A stretch of DNA of 64,000 nt from Planctomycetota bacterium. Its GTDB lineage: Bacteria > Planctomycetota > UBA8108 > SXIK01. The stretch covers positions 7,520,001 to 7,584,000 of the forward strand of contig CBDCXR010000004.1 in assembly GCA_965223845.1 (NCBI GenBank). Reading direction: 5' to 3'. Under the pieces are notes generated by a model. The model saw only the letters and a list, made by a program, of their open reading frames with translations, made no database searches and was not told the DNA's origin. Both the position numbers and the translations under genes were made by a program. Shown here piece by piece: positions 1 to 9,122 of this stretch. Each line of letters opens with the position of its first letter. Position 1 is the stretch's first letter.

Positions 1-205
1 AAGGCGCTCGGCGAGCTTCTCTTGGCTGCAGCGGACGTCGCGGACCAATCACACGACACCGTACAGCTCCTCCTCGATCTGCGAGAACGGCTGGACGAGG
101 AACAGCAGCCGCCGGAAGCTTAGGAGTTCAGAGCGCGCGCACAAGACCTTCTCGCACACGCTCCCTCTTCTCCTTTCATCTACCGCTCCCGCCCGACCTA
201 GCCCA

Positions 206-1033
206 TCAACCCCGGCGTCGCCGAAACAGAATGAACGTCAAGTCGTCCGGCTTTGACGGCGCACCGTCCGGAGCTTCGTTCATCCGGCTCTGACACTCGT
301 CGAGTAGCTGCACGGCGGCTGCGCGAAGGGGGCCTCTGCGAACGCACTCGATGATTTCCTCGACGCGCAAATTGTCGAAGAGGCCGTCGCTCCCGAGGAC
401 GAGAGTGTCGCGCGGTCGCATCTCGATCGCCGGCCCGACTTCGATCCGCATCTCGTTCGTGCCGACGAAGCTCGACACGACGTGGCGTTCGTCGTGGTGC
501 ATGGCTTCGTCCTCACCGAGAAGGCCCGCCTCGATCGCGTACGCGACCGGCGAGTGGCTGATCGTCTTCCAGCGGAGTCGGCCGCGCTGCCCGGTGAGGA
601 GGATCTCCGAGTCGCCGACGTGGACGAAGCGGACGGTTGCGCTCTCGACGAGAACCACCGACATCGTCGTGATCGACCCCGCGCTGCGATCGAGAAGCGA
701 GCGGTTCGCGTTTTCGAATCCGGCGAGGATCGAGTCGCGGATCGAGGTCCCTTCGGCGGCGGCCCGCGCGACACTCGCCAGGAGCTCCCGGACCGCCGTC
801 CGCGAAGCGTCCTGCCCCGCGGGCGCACCACCCGCGCCGTCTGCGAGCGCGAGAACGGCGTTGTCACCGTCGATTCCGAATGCGCCGAACGCGTCTTCGT
901 TCGGTCCTCGAGACTGTTCGTTCCCGCGGGAGAGAAAGACGGCGGCGCCCGGGCCGATCGTCCGCTCGAGCGGCTCGGTCGCGTCGCTTTCGCGGGGAAC
1001 GAACTCGCCTCGAACTACATCCACATCGCGCAC
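206..1033 (-). CDS. PP2C/PPM-family Ser/Thr protein phosphatase
   Basis: PPM motifs NEDAF, LADGAGG, HVGDS, GSDGLFD, DDLT. Likely GTG start at 1033, just after the kinase stop (the ORF track extends to 1084). Confidence 0.85.
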   Translation of the reverse strand: MRDVDVVRGEFVPRESDATEPLERTIGPGAAVFLSRGNEQSRGPNEDAFGAFGIDGDNAVLALADGAGGAPAGQDASRTAVRELLASVARAAAEGTSIRDSILAGFENANRSLLDRSAGSITTMSVVLVESATVRFVHVGDSEILLTGQRGRLRWKTISHSPVAYAIEAGLLGEDEAMHHDERHVVSSFVGTNEMRIEVGPAIEMRPRDTLVLGSDGLFDNLRVEEIIECVRRGPLRAAAVQLLDECQSRMNEAPDGAPSKPDDLTFILFRRRRG

Positions 1034-1034
1034 C

Positions 1035-2336
1035 TCAGAGGTTGGCGGAGCACCACGGGCAGACGTCCCAAAACTCCGACGCAACGCCCCAGCCGCAGCG
1101 CGAGCAGCGCTCGCGCACGCCGGGGAGCGACCATCGTTTCTTGACCTTTCGTCGGCACCACGGGCAGTACCGCATGAACGGAAAGAGCGACTTTCGCCGG
1201 CAGCGCCGATTCGAGCACGATCCCTCGTAGCGGATGTCCGAGTACTCGCGAGTCGACGCTCCCGTCACCTCCGCGCCGTAACACCAAGGGCAAAACCGCC
1301 AGTCCGACTTGAGCCCCCGCCGGCAGCGAGGACAACGTCGGTGCTCGCGGACCGGACCCGAAAAGCGAGCGAGCGATCGGCTGCACCAAGGGCAAGTCAT
1401 CATGCTCACGGACACCGGGCCGCCGCAACTCCCGCACGCCGATCGCGCCTCGAGTCGTGCCCCGTGGAGCCGCCGAAACTGTCGCCAGCGCACCTCCGAC
1501 CAGTCGTTTCGCTGCGCGGTCTTGTCGCGTCGCCGGCGCTTTTGCGTCAGCTTCCGCAGCGCCTTCGGCTTCGCCTGAAGGAAGACCTGGAGCATTCGAT
1601 CGGCATCCCGAAACCGGCGCAGTGGCTCGACCGCGATGGCGCGAAGGATCAGCTGGACGACGTCGGCGTGGAGTTTCTCGCGCAGACTGCGAATGCCGGG
1701 AAGAGGCGGGCGAAACGGCCACGCGGGAAGCTCGCCCGAGAACATCCGGTAGAGGACGAGTCCCATGCTGAAGACGTCGGAGCGAAGCGATGGCGCTCCC
1801 ATCGCTTGCTCGGGAGCCATGTAGCCGAGAGTGCCGGATCCCGATGCACTGACCGTTCGTAGAACGACGCGGGCGATGCCGAAATCTGCGAGTCGGACGC
1901 GGTTCTCGGGGAAGAGAAGAAAGTTGTCAGGCTTGATGTCGCAGTGGAGAACGCCGACTCGGTGTGCGCTCGCGAGGCCCCGGAGCATGTCCTCCGCCAT
2001 TTGCAAACCGGCCTTCACCGAGAGCCGTTTCTCGAGTCGATCGGCGAGGCTCCGTTCGGCGAGCGGCGTCGCAACGACGAAGTGGCCGTCGATATACGAC
2101 GCGTTCTTGATCGGCAGAATGTTCGGATGGTCGAGACGAGCCGTGAGGCGCACCTCCTTTCGAAACGAGTCGATCCAGTCGTCGTCGAGGAGGTGCGGGT
2201 GGGGGATCTTGAGCGCGACTCGAACTCCTTCGATCGTGTCGAAGGCGCGGTAGACCTGGGCGAATCCGCCGTCACCGATGCGTCTCTCGATGCGGTATTT
2301 TCCGAAGATCTGACGAGTGCGGAAGCGCGCTTTCAT
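1035..2336 (-). CDS. Hanks-type Ser/Thr kinase with four C-terminal zinc ribbons
   Basis: GDGGFAQV, VALK, HCDIKPDN, DFG, GTLGYMAPE, SDVFS. The C-terminus has 8 Cys pairs (CxxC...CPWC x4). Start taken at MKARF; it could be further upstream. Confidence 0.88.
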   Translation of the reverse strand: MKARFRTRQIFGKYRIERRIGDGGFAQVYRAFDTIEGVRVALKIPHPHLLDDDWIDSFRKEVRLTARLDHPNILPIKNASYIDGHFVVATPLAERSLADRLEKRLSVKAGLQMAEDMLRGLASAHRVGVLHCDIKPDNFLLFPENRVRLADFGIARVVLRTVSASGSGTLGYMAPEQAMGAPSLRSDVFSMGLVLYRMFSGELPAWPFRPPLPGIRSLREKLHADVVQLILRAIAVEPLRRFRDADRMLQVFLQAKPKALRKLTQKRRRRDKTAQRNDWSEVRWRQFRRLHGARLEARSACGSCGGPVSVSMMTCPWCSRSLARFSGPVREHRRCPRCRRGLKSDWRFCPWCYGAEVTGASTREYSDIRYEGSCSNRRCRRKSLFPFMRYCPWCRRKVKKRWSLPGVRERCSRCGWGVASEFWDVCPWCSANL

Positions 2337-2594
2337 GCTGGAACGGAACTGCGTCTTCGGCGTCGCAACGCGCCGTGGATGAGGTCTCGGCGCGTCGGTT
2401 CTTTCTGTGGACGCGTCCGGACGGTCGAGCGAGACCGCGGGGATCATAGACGGTCGAACGCAAAGGGGAAAGACACCACTCTCGCGCCTTCGCGATCGCA
2501 GGGACTCCGCACCCGGCGCTCCGAGAGGACGCACGAGGCGCGGACGTAGAACGCGGTCGCTCGTCGAAACGCGAGCTCCGGATGCGACGACGGC

Positions 2595-2641
2595 AAACGA
2601 AAACCGGGGCTCCCCGCAGGCGGTTCCGCGGAGAGCCCCGG
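2595..2641 (-). terminator. Rho-independent terminator after glnA
   Basis: CCGGGGCTC...GAGCCCCGG stem followed by TTTTCGTTT on the minus strand, 30 nt past the glnA stop. Confidence 0.65.
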
Positions 2642-2670
2642 ATCGATGCACTCGCGATCGAGCGGCGCGA

Positions 2671-4083
2671 TCAGATGTCGTAGTAAAGCTCGAACTCGTG
2701 CGGATGCGGTCGCAGGCGCACGGCGTCGACTTCGTTCTCGCGCTTGTAGTCGATCCAGCCGCGGACGACGTCGTCCGTGAAGACGTCTCCCTGGAGAAGG
2801 AAGTCGTGATCTTCCTCGAGCGCCGCGAGGGCTGCGTCGAGAGACCCCGGCGTCGACGGCACCTTCGCGTCCTCTTCGGGCGAGAGGTCGTAGATGTCCT
2901 TGTCGAGCGGATCGCCGGGGAGGATCTTGTTCTGGATCCCGTCGATTCCCGCCATCATGAGCGCGGTGAACGCGAGATACGGGTTGCAGCTCGGATCCGG
3001 GCAGCGGAACTCGATGCGCTTCGCCTTCGGACTGTCCGAGTACATCGGGATCCGCACCGCGGCGCTCCGATTCCGGCTCGAGTACGCGAGACGATTTGGC
3101 GCCTCGTAGCCCGGGACGAGCCGGCGGTACGAGTTCGTCGTCGGGTTGGTGAGGGCGACGAGCGCGCGAGCGTGGCGGAGAATGCCGCCGATCGCGTAGA
3201 GCGCGGTCTCGCTGAGGCCGGCATACTTGTCGCCGGCGAAGAGCGGCTTTCCATCCTTCCAGAGTGAAAGGTGCGTATGCATGCCGCTCCCGTTGTCCTG
3301 GAAGAGCGGCTTCGGCATGAAGCACGCGGTCTTCCCGTACTTGAGCGCGACGTTTTTGACGATGTACTTGTACAGCGTCAAATGGTCCGCCATCTTGACC
3401 AGAGGCTGGAACCGCATGTCGATCTCGCACTGGCCGGCGGTTCCGACCTCGTGGTGGTGGCACTCTACGGCGATCCCGACCTCGCCCATCGTGAGCACCA
3501 TCTCGCTCCGGAGATCCTGGAGGGAGTCATTCGGCGGGACGGGAAAGTAGCCGCCTTTGTAACGTACCTTGTGCCCGAGGTTCGGATCCTCGAACGCGCC
3601 GGTGTTCCACTGTCCTTCCGACGAGTCCAGATGGTAGTAACCCTCGTTGACTCCCGTGGCAAAGCGGACGTCGTCGAAGACGAAGAACTCAGCTTCCGGA
3701 CCGAAGTACGCGGTGTCGGCGATGCCGGTCGACTTCAGATACTCGACCGCCTTTCGCGCGACGTTGCGGGGGTCGCGGGTGTAATCCGCTTTGGTGATCG
3801 GGTCGACGATGTTGCAGGAGAGGACGAGCGTCGCATCCTTCGTGAACGGATCGAGAAACGCCGTCGTCGGATCCGGGATCATGAGCATGTCGCTCTCGTT
3901 GATCCCCTGCCACCCGCGGATGCTCGATCCGTCGAAGCCCATTCCGTCTTCGAAGGTGCCGGCGTCGATCTCGCTCGCCGGGAACGAGGTGTGCTGCCAC
4001 ATTCCCGGGAAGTCGATGAAGCGGAGATCGACGATCTTGACGTCTTTCTCCTTGATCAGATTGAGAATTTCACTGGGAGTCAT
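2671..4083 (-). CDS. glnA: Glutamine synthetase type I-beta
   Basis: [43 protein letters not shown]. Adenylylatable Tyr in KDIYDL. SD AAGGAG upstream. Confidence 0.97.
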   Translation of the reverse strand: MTPSEILNLIKEKDVKIVDLRFIDFPGMWQHTSFPASEIDAGTFEDGMGFDGSSIRGWQGINESDMLMIPDPTTAFLDPFTKDATLVLSCNIVDPITKADYTRDPRNVARKAVEYLKSTGIADTAYFGPEAEFFVFDDVRFATGVNEGYYHLDSSEGQWNTGAFEDPNLGHKVRYKGGYFPVPPNDSLQDLRSEMVLTMGEVGIAVECHHHEVGTAGQCEIDMRFQPLVKMADHLTLYKYIVKNVALKYGKTACFMPKPLFQDNGSGMHTHLSLWKDGKPLFAGDKYAGLSETALYAIGGILRHARALVALTNPTTNSYRRLVPGYEAPNRLAYSSRNRSAAVRIPMYSDSPKAKRIEFRCPDPSCNPYLAFTALMMAGIDGIQNKILPGDPLDKDIYDLSPEEDAKVPSTPGSLDAALAALEEDHDFLLQGDVFTDDVVRGWIDYKRENEVDAVRLRPHPHEFELYYDI

Positions 4084-4625
4084 GAGAACTTACGTACTCC
4101 TTCGAGAAAAATGACCTCGCGGAGCTCACCGAACGTCAGCCCGCGCCAACACCCGCCGTCGTGGTCGCGTGAGCGGGAGGATCCCAGATTTGTCGCGTTT
4201 CTCGGCGCCTGGAAGCGCTTGGGGTCCGCGTTGCGGCGATGCCAACTCGCCGCCGATGCGCCGGACCGCGGCGCGCAGGTAAGGAAGAGCGGAGCAAGCC
4301 ATGCCGATTGCGGAAAGCGGGCAAGAGGTCAGCGGACCCCTCCTCGACCCTCGCTCGTTGTTTCCGCCTGGCTGCGTACACTCCATCGGTGGGCGGCCGG
4401 AATGTTGCGACTCGGAGCACACTCGAGAGCGCGAGCCGCGCACAAAACACGGGCGTCGCTTGTCGTGCGATCGCGTCGGGAGGAATCCGGCCGTCCCGGC
4501 CAAGAGAGACGCGTTATACGGGATGGGCTCGGCGGATGGGAAACGAAAAAGCCTCTGTGCGCGGAGCACTGCACGCGGATGAGTACGAAAGGTCGAAGGC
4601 CGTCGTTACGACCGCCGACCGCGAC

Positions 4626-4642
4626 TGCACAAACCGTGTGCG
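4626..4642. promoter_or_regulatory. Possible NtrC-type box (TGCAC-N7-GTGCG) in the glnA/glnE divergent region
   Basis: TGCACAAACCGTGTGCG resembles TGCAC-N7-GTGCA. Weaker copy at 4439-4455. No GG-N10-GC sigma54 site found. Confidence 0.25.
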
Positions 4643-4692
4643 TTGGCCGACCGTGAGAGCGAGACAAGGAACCGGCCGAGACCTCAGGTGAG

Positions 4693-7600
4693 ATGAAGCC
4701 CCGTCGCCAACAACTCCAAACACTCTGTCCCGACGTCGACGCCGAGTTCATCGCGCAGCATCTCCGGCGACTCGACGAGGAGTACTTCGAGCGCTTCCCT
4801 CTCGACCGGGTGACTCGACACCTCAGCGGCCTCGCCAGTCTTTCACCGTCGAAGCCGGCGGAGGTTCTCGTCGAGTTCGGGGCCAGCGGGGGCGTCGAGT
4901 GCACCGTGCTCGCGTTCGACTATCCCTCCGAGTTTTCCCTCGTTACCGGCGTGCTCTTCGCCATGGGACTCAGTATCCGCTCGGGCGATGTCTTCACGTA
5001 CCGCGCGGAAGACGAAGCGCCGACCGCGGCCGTGCGGGGGCGTCGTCCCGGGCGGCCGCGCCCCCCGCAAAAGAAGAGCCCTCTCCACCGGCGGCGCATC
5101 ATCGACCACTTCGTCGGAGTGACGGACAGCGACCGGCCGTCGACGTGGGGGGCGGAAGCGCGCACGAGGCTGCTGGAGGTGATCACCCTCCTCGAGCGCG
5201 GCGATCCCGAATCGGTCGAAGCGGCGAAGCACCGCGTGAACGAGATGGTGACTCGGCGCCTCGCAGCTCTCGACTCGTCGCGGTATCCGGTCTTTTATCC
5301 GGCGAAGCTCGAGATCGACGATACCGTCGAGTCGGCGACGCGGCTGCGCGTTGCCTCGCAGGACACACCGGCCTTTCTGTACGCGGTAAGCAACGCACTC
5401 TCTCTCATGGGACTCGCGATTCAACATGTCCGCATCCGCACACGGGACGGCCAGATCGAGGACGAGATCGATCTCGTCGATCCGAGCGGACAGCCCGTGC
5501 GCGATCCCGATCTTCTCGCTCGGATACAGCTTTCCGTTCTTCTTACGAAGCAGTGCACGTATTTTCTCGACCGAGCGCCCGACCCTTACACGGCGCTCTC
5601 CCGCTTCGAGAAGCTCACCGAGAGTCTGCTGCGCCTACCTCAAACCGGCCACTGGGCCGAGTTGCTCTCGAATCCGAAGGTCCTCAAAGACCTCGCCCGC
5701 ATCCTCGGTGCGAGCGACTTTCTCTGGGAGGATTTCATCCGCATGCAGTACGAGTCGCTGCTGCCGATCTTGACGCCTCACGTCGGCGGCGAGCGGCTGA
5801 GTGATCCGTCGACCTTCGTCGAGCGCCTCGACGCGGAGCTGGAGAATGCGGAGACGTTCGAGGAGAAGCGTGCGGCGGTCAACCGATTCAAGGATCGAGA
5901 GATCTTCCTTCTCGATCTCGACTCGATCCTGAGCGAAGACGTCGATTTTCGAACCTTCGCCGAAGGGCTCACGAGCCTCGCGGAGGCCGTCGTCGCGGCG
6001 TCCCTCGACGTGATCTCCGAGCGGCTTCGCGAGCGTCACGGCGTTCCGCTCGGTGTCGCCGACATCGAGACGCCATGGGCCATGTTCGGCCTCGGAAAGC
6101 TCGGCGGCGCCGCCCTCGGGTACGCGTCCGACATCGAGCTCCTTCTCATCTACGAAGGGAGCGGCCCGACGACCGGTGAGCGGCCGGTGAGCGCGGCCGA
6201 ATACTTTAGCGCGCTCATGCGCGAGCTCGCGCTTTTCATCCAGACGAAGCGCGAAGGGATCTTCGCCGTCGATCTCCGATTGCGTCCGTACGGGAACTCG
6301 GGGCCGCTCGCCTCGAGTCTCGAGAACTTCTGCACCTACTACGGGCCGACGGGGCCCGCCCATCCGTTCGAGCGTCTCGCGCTCGTCCGCCTTCGTCCCA
6401 TCGCCGGGGATCCCGAACTCGGCGCACAAGTGACGCGCCTTCGCGACGAGTTCGTGTACGCGAGCGGCCGCGTCGACTTCGGCGCGCTGCGAGATCTCCG
6501 GCAGCGGCAGTACGCAGAAAAGGCGCGACCTGGAGCCTACAACGCCAAGTTCAGCCCCGGCGCGCTCGTCGATCTCGAGTACACGGTGCAGATTCTCCAG
6601 GTCGTGTACGCGAAGGATGTCGCCGAGCTGAGAAGCCCGCGCATCCACGTCGCGCTCGAGGAGCTCGGAAAGCGCGGGCTCGTCGACATCGATGAATGCC
6701 GCCGGCTCAACGCGGCGTACGATTTTCTCCGCCGGCTCATCAACGGGCTGCGGATGCTGCGCGGATCCGCGCAGGATTTGTTCCTCCCGCCCGCCGATTC
6801 CGACGAGTTCGTTCACCTCGCCCGCCGAATCGGCTACGAGCCCGGCGAGCTCGGCGCCGCGGATCAGCTTCAAGTGGACTTCCAGTCCCACACGGCGACC
6901 GTGCGCACGTTCGTCGAGCACTACCTCGGGCGGGCGTCGCTTCCCGATCCGTTCGCCGGGAACATCGCCGACGTGATTCTCTCGGGTGAACCGCCTGAAG
7001 AACTTTGGCGTCCGACTCTCGAGCGCGCGGGCTTTCGCGACCCGGAGCGGGCATTTCGCAATTGGTTGGGACTTTCGAGCCGCGGGTCGCGAGCGGAGTT
7101 CGCGCGCCTCGCGGTCCTCGCCGCGGATCGGCTCGGCGGCGAGCCGGACGCCGACATGGCGCTCAACAACTGGGAGCGCTTCGTCTCGTCGCTCGACGAT
7201 CCGCCCGCGCATTTCCGTCAACTGCGCGCGCAGCCGCAGCGGCTCGGAATCCTGCTCGGGATCTTTTCGCGGAGCCAGTTCCTCGCCGAGACGCTGATCC
7301 GTCGACCGGAAGAGTTCGACTGGATCACCGCGGCCGAGACGCTGCGCGAGGCGCCATCGGCTCGCCGCCACCGGAGCGCTCTGCGACGAGTATCGTCGTC
7401 TTGCGACGGTGCCGGAGAGCGCTTGGACGCGATTCGCCGGTATCGGCAGCGCGAGCTCCTTCGCATCGGCACGCGCGACATGATCCTCGGAGTCGACACC
7501 GCTTCGATCATGGCAGAGCTCTCCGTGCTCGCCGACACGATCGTGCAGGCGACCCTAGACGAAATCTGGGCGGAGTTCGGTGCGAGTGGGGAGACGCGCG

Positions 7601-8481
7601 ATCGACTCTGCGTGCTCGCCTTCGGAAAGCTCGGCGGCGTCGAGCTCAACTACAGCTCCGATATCGATCTCATCGGAGTGTACAGCGGGAGCTCGAGTGA
7701 CGGCGCGGCGAGAGAGTTCGCTGCGGTGCTCTCGCGCCTCGCCACCGAGCTTTCACGCGCGACGGGGGAAGGGCGCATGTACCGCGTCGACTTCCGGCTG
7801 CGCCCCTACGGGCGAAGCGGCTCGCTCGTTTCGTCGATTGGGGAGCTCGTCGAGTACTACGAGAAGAAGGCGCGCCTCTGGGAGATTCAGGCGCTCCTCA
7901 AGCTCCGTCCGATCGCCGGCAACACGGACGTGGGGTACGAGCTCCTCGACGCGCTCTACCCGGTGCTCCGTCGGCCGCACGACCGGAGCGAAGTGACGGG
8001 GTCGATTCAGCGTCTGCGCGACGAGGCGGTGCGCAACACCTTGACGCGGTCGCTCGGCTCCGGGATCGACGTCAAGAACGGCACCGGCGGGATCCGGGAC
8101 GTCGAGTTTCTCGTCCAGGGCCTTCAGCTCGTCTCTCTCGCGCGTTCTCCGCGCGTTCTCGGTGGGAACACGCTCGAGGCCCTGTGTTTACTCGCCGACG
8201 AGGAGTTGATCGGAGGCGACATCGCCGCCGATCTCGCGGACGACTACGTGTTCCTTCGCCGCGTTGAGCACTACCTCCAGATTCTTCACGATCGGCAGAT
8301 CCACTCGCTGCCGAGTCGAAAAGAGGAGCGTGAAGCGCTCGCGCGCCGGCTTCAGATCGACGGCGCGGACGCGTTCACCGAGCGTCTCGACGCGTGTCTT
8401 TCTCGAGTCCACCGCGCGTACGTCCGCCACCTCTTCGGTGAGGGCACGGACTCAGGCCGCGAAGCCGGGGACTCGGTGTAG
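4693..8481 (+). CDS. glnE: Glutamine synthetase adenylyltransferase/removase with N-terminal ACT domains
   Basis: Two nucleotidyltransferase motifs (GKLGGAALGYASDIE; GKLGGVELNYSSDID) and two DxRLRP motifs. N-terminal GlnD-like ACT repeats. Divergent from glnA. Confidence 0.9.
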   Translation: MKPRRQQLQTLCPDVDAEFIAQHLRRLDEEYFERFPLDRVTRHLSGLASLSPSKPAEVLVEFGASGGVECTVLAFDYPSEFSLVTGVLFAMGLSIRSGDVFTYRAEDEAPTAAVRGRRPGRPRPPQKKSPLHRRRIIDHFVGVTDSDRPSTWGAEARTRLLEVITLLERGDPESVEAAKHRVNEMVTRRLAALDSSRYPVFYPAKLEIDDTVESATRLRVASQDTPAFLYAVSNALSLMGLAIQHVRIRTRDGQIEDEIDLVDPSGQPVRDPDLLARIQLSVLLTKQCTYFLDRAPDPYTALSRFEKLTESLLRLPQTGHWAELLSNPKVLKDLARILGASDFLWEDFIRMQYESLLPILTPHVGGERLSDPSTFVERLDAELENAETFEEKRAAVNRFKDREIFLLDLDSILSEDVDFRTFAEGLTSLAEAVVAASLDVISERLRERHGVPLGVADIETPWAMFGLGKLGGAALGYASDIELLLIYEGSGPTTGERPVSAAEYFSALMRELALFIQTKREGIFAVDLRLRPYGNSGPLASSLENFCTYYGPTGPAHPFERLALVRLRPIAGDPELGAQVTRLRDEFVYASGRVDFGALRDLRQRQYAEKARPGAYNAKFSPGALVDLEYTVQILQVVYAKDVAELRSPRIHVALEELGKRGLVDIDECRRLNAAYDFLRRLINGLRMLRGSAQDLFLPPADSDEFVHLARRIGYEPGELGAADQLQVDFQSHTATVRTFVEHYLGRASLPDPFAGNIADVILSGEPPEELWRPTLERAGFRDPERAFRNWLGLSSRGSRAEFARLAVLAADRLGGEPDADMALNNWERFVSSLDDPPAHFRQLRAQPQRLGILLGIFSRSQFLAETLIRRPEEFDWITAAETLREAPSARRHRSALRRVSSSCDGAGERLDAIRRYRQRELLRIGTRDMILGVDTASIMAELSVLADTIVQATLDEIWAEFGASGETRDRLCVLAFGKLGGVELNYSSDIDLIGVYSGSSSDGAAREFAAVLSRLATELSRATGEGRMYRVDFRLRPYGRSGSLVSSIGELVEYYEKKARLWEIQALLKLRPIAGNTDVGYELLDALYPVLRRPHDRSEVTGSIQRLRDEAVRNTLTRSLGSGIDVKNGTGGIRDVEFLVQGLQLVSLARSPRVLGGNTLEALCLLADEELIGGDIAADLADDYVFLRRVEHYLQILHDRQIHSLPSRKEEREALARRLQIDGADAFTERLDACLSRVHRAYVRHLFGEGTDSGREAGDSV

Positions 8482-8525
8482 GCGACGAGGCGCCCGGGTC
8501 GCCGCCGCTGCGTCGACCCGAGGCC

Positions 8526-9032
8526 TCACTCTGCGAAGAACGTGTCCAGTTGGCTCTTTGCCGACTGCGAGAATTCCTGCCCGAGACCGGAGGAGCCGTC
8601 GTCATGGCGCTTTGCGATGTCGCCGAAGATCTCCTGCAGCTTCTCGGCGGCTTCCTTGGCGTAGAGCCTCACCATGCCGATCGTCGTCCGCTCGTCGAAC
8701 ACCGTCGCGAGAATCGTGCGGTCGCCGACCAGGGTGAGCTGGATGTTGTCTTTGCGTCCCTGATGGAACAGCACGGAGAACTCATCCTCACCGAGGAGGC
8801 GCGCCATCTCCCGAGTCGCGGCGTAGCTGCCGGCGACGAGCGCGGACACGGCCTGCATGTCGAAGTCGTCCGTGCTCCCGGCCTTCGTCACCAAGTGCCC
8901 TTCCTTATCGATGAGGATGTTGCACTTCGAGTCGGAGAGGTTCAGGAACTCTTTGAGGACGCCGTTGATCTTATCGATGTCATCCTTGTAGAAGACGAGT
9001 CGCTTCTCTCGGATGTTGTCACTGTCCGTAAT
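8526..9032 (-). CDS. mglB: MglB-like roadblock/LC7 protein (GAP for MglA), probable ATT start
   Basis: The frame is open from the stop at 9054 and reads ..LVFYKDDIDKINGVLKEFL..ILIDKEGHLVTKAG..LLGEDEFSVLFHQG..FDERTTIGMVRLY, matching Myxococcus MglB. SD AGGAGGT at 9041-9047. Confidence 0.88.
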   Translation of the reverse strand: MTDSDNIREKRLVFYKDDIDKINGVLKEFLNLSDSKCNILIDKEGHLVTKAGSTDDFDMQAVSALVAGSYAATREMARLLGEDEFSVLFHQGRKDNIQLTLVGDRTILATVFDERTTIGMVRLYAKEAAEKLQEIFGDIAKRHDDGSSGLGQEFSQSAKSQLDTFFAE

Positions 9033-9122
9033 AATGGCCCACCTCCTGAGCTCTCAATAGCTCGCTGTATGTTGACTTGTCGCTTCTTGGACCGAAGCGC
9101 CCGGCGAGTACACCCGCGGGTA

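Noticed and set aside
1-123. Possible 3' end of a plus-strand ORF (KALGELLL...PPEA*)
   Set aside because: Only 40 codons with no recognisable motif; cannot be distinguished from chance
4225-4310. Sigma54-like TGGCA/CGGCA..TTGC elements upstream of glnA
   Set aside because: Spacing is not GG-N10-GC in either candidate
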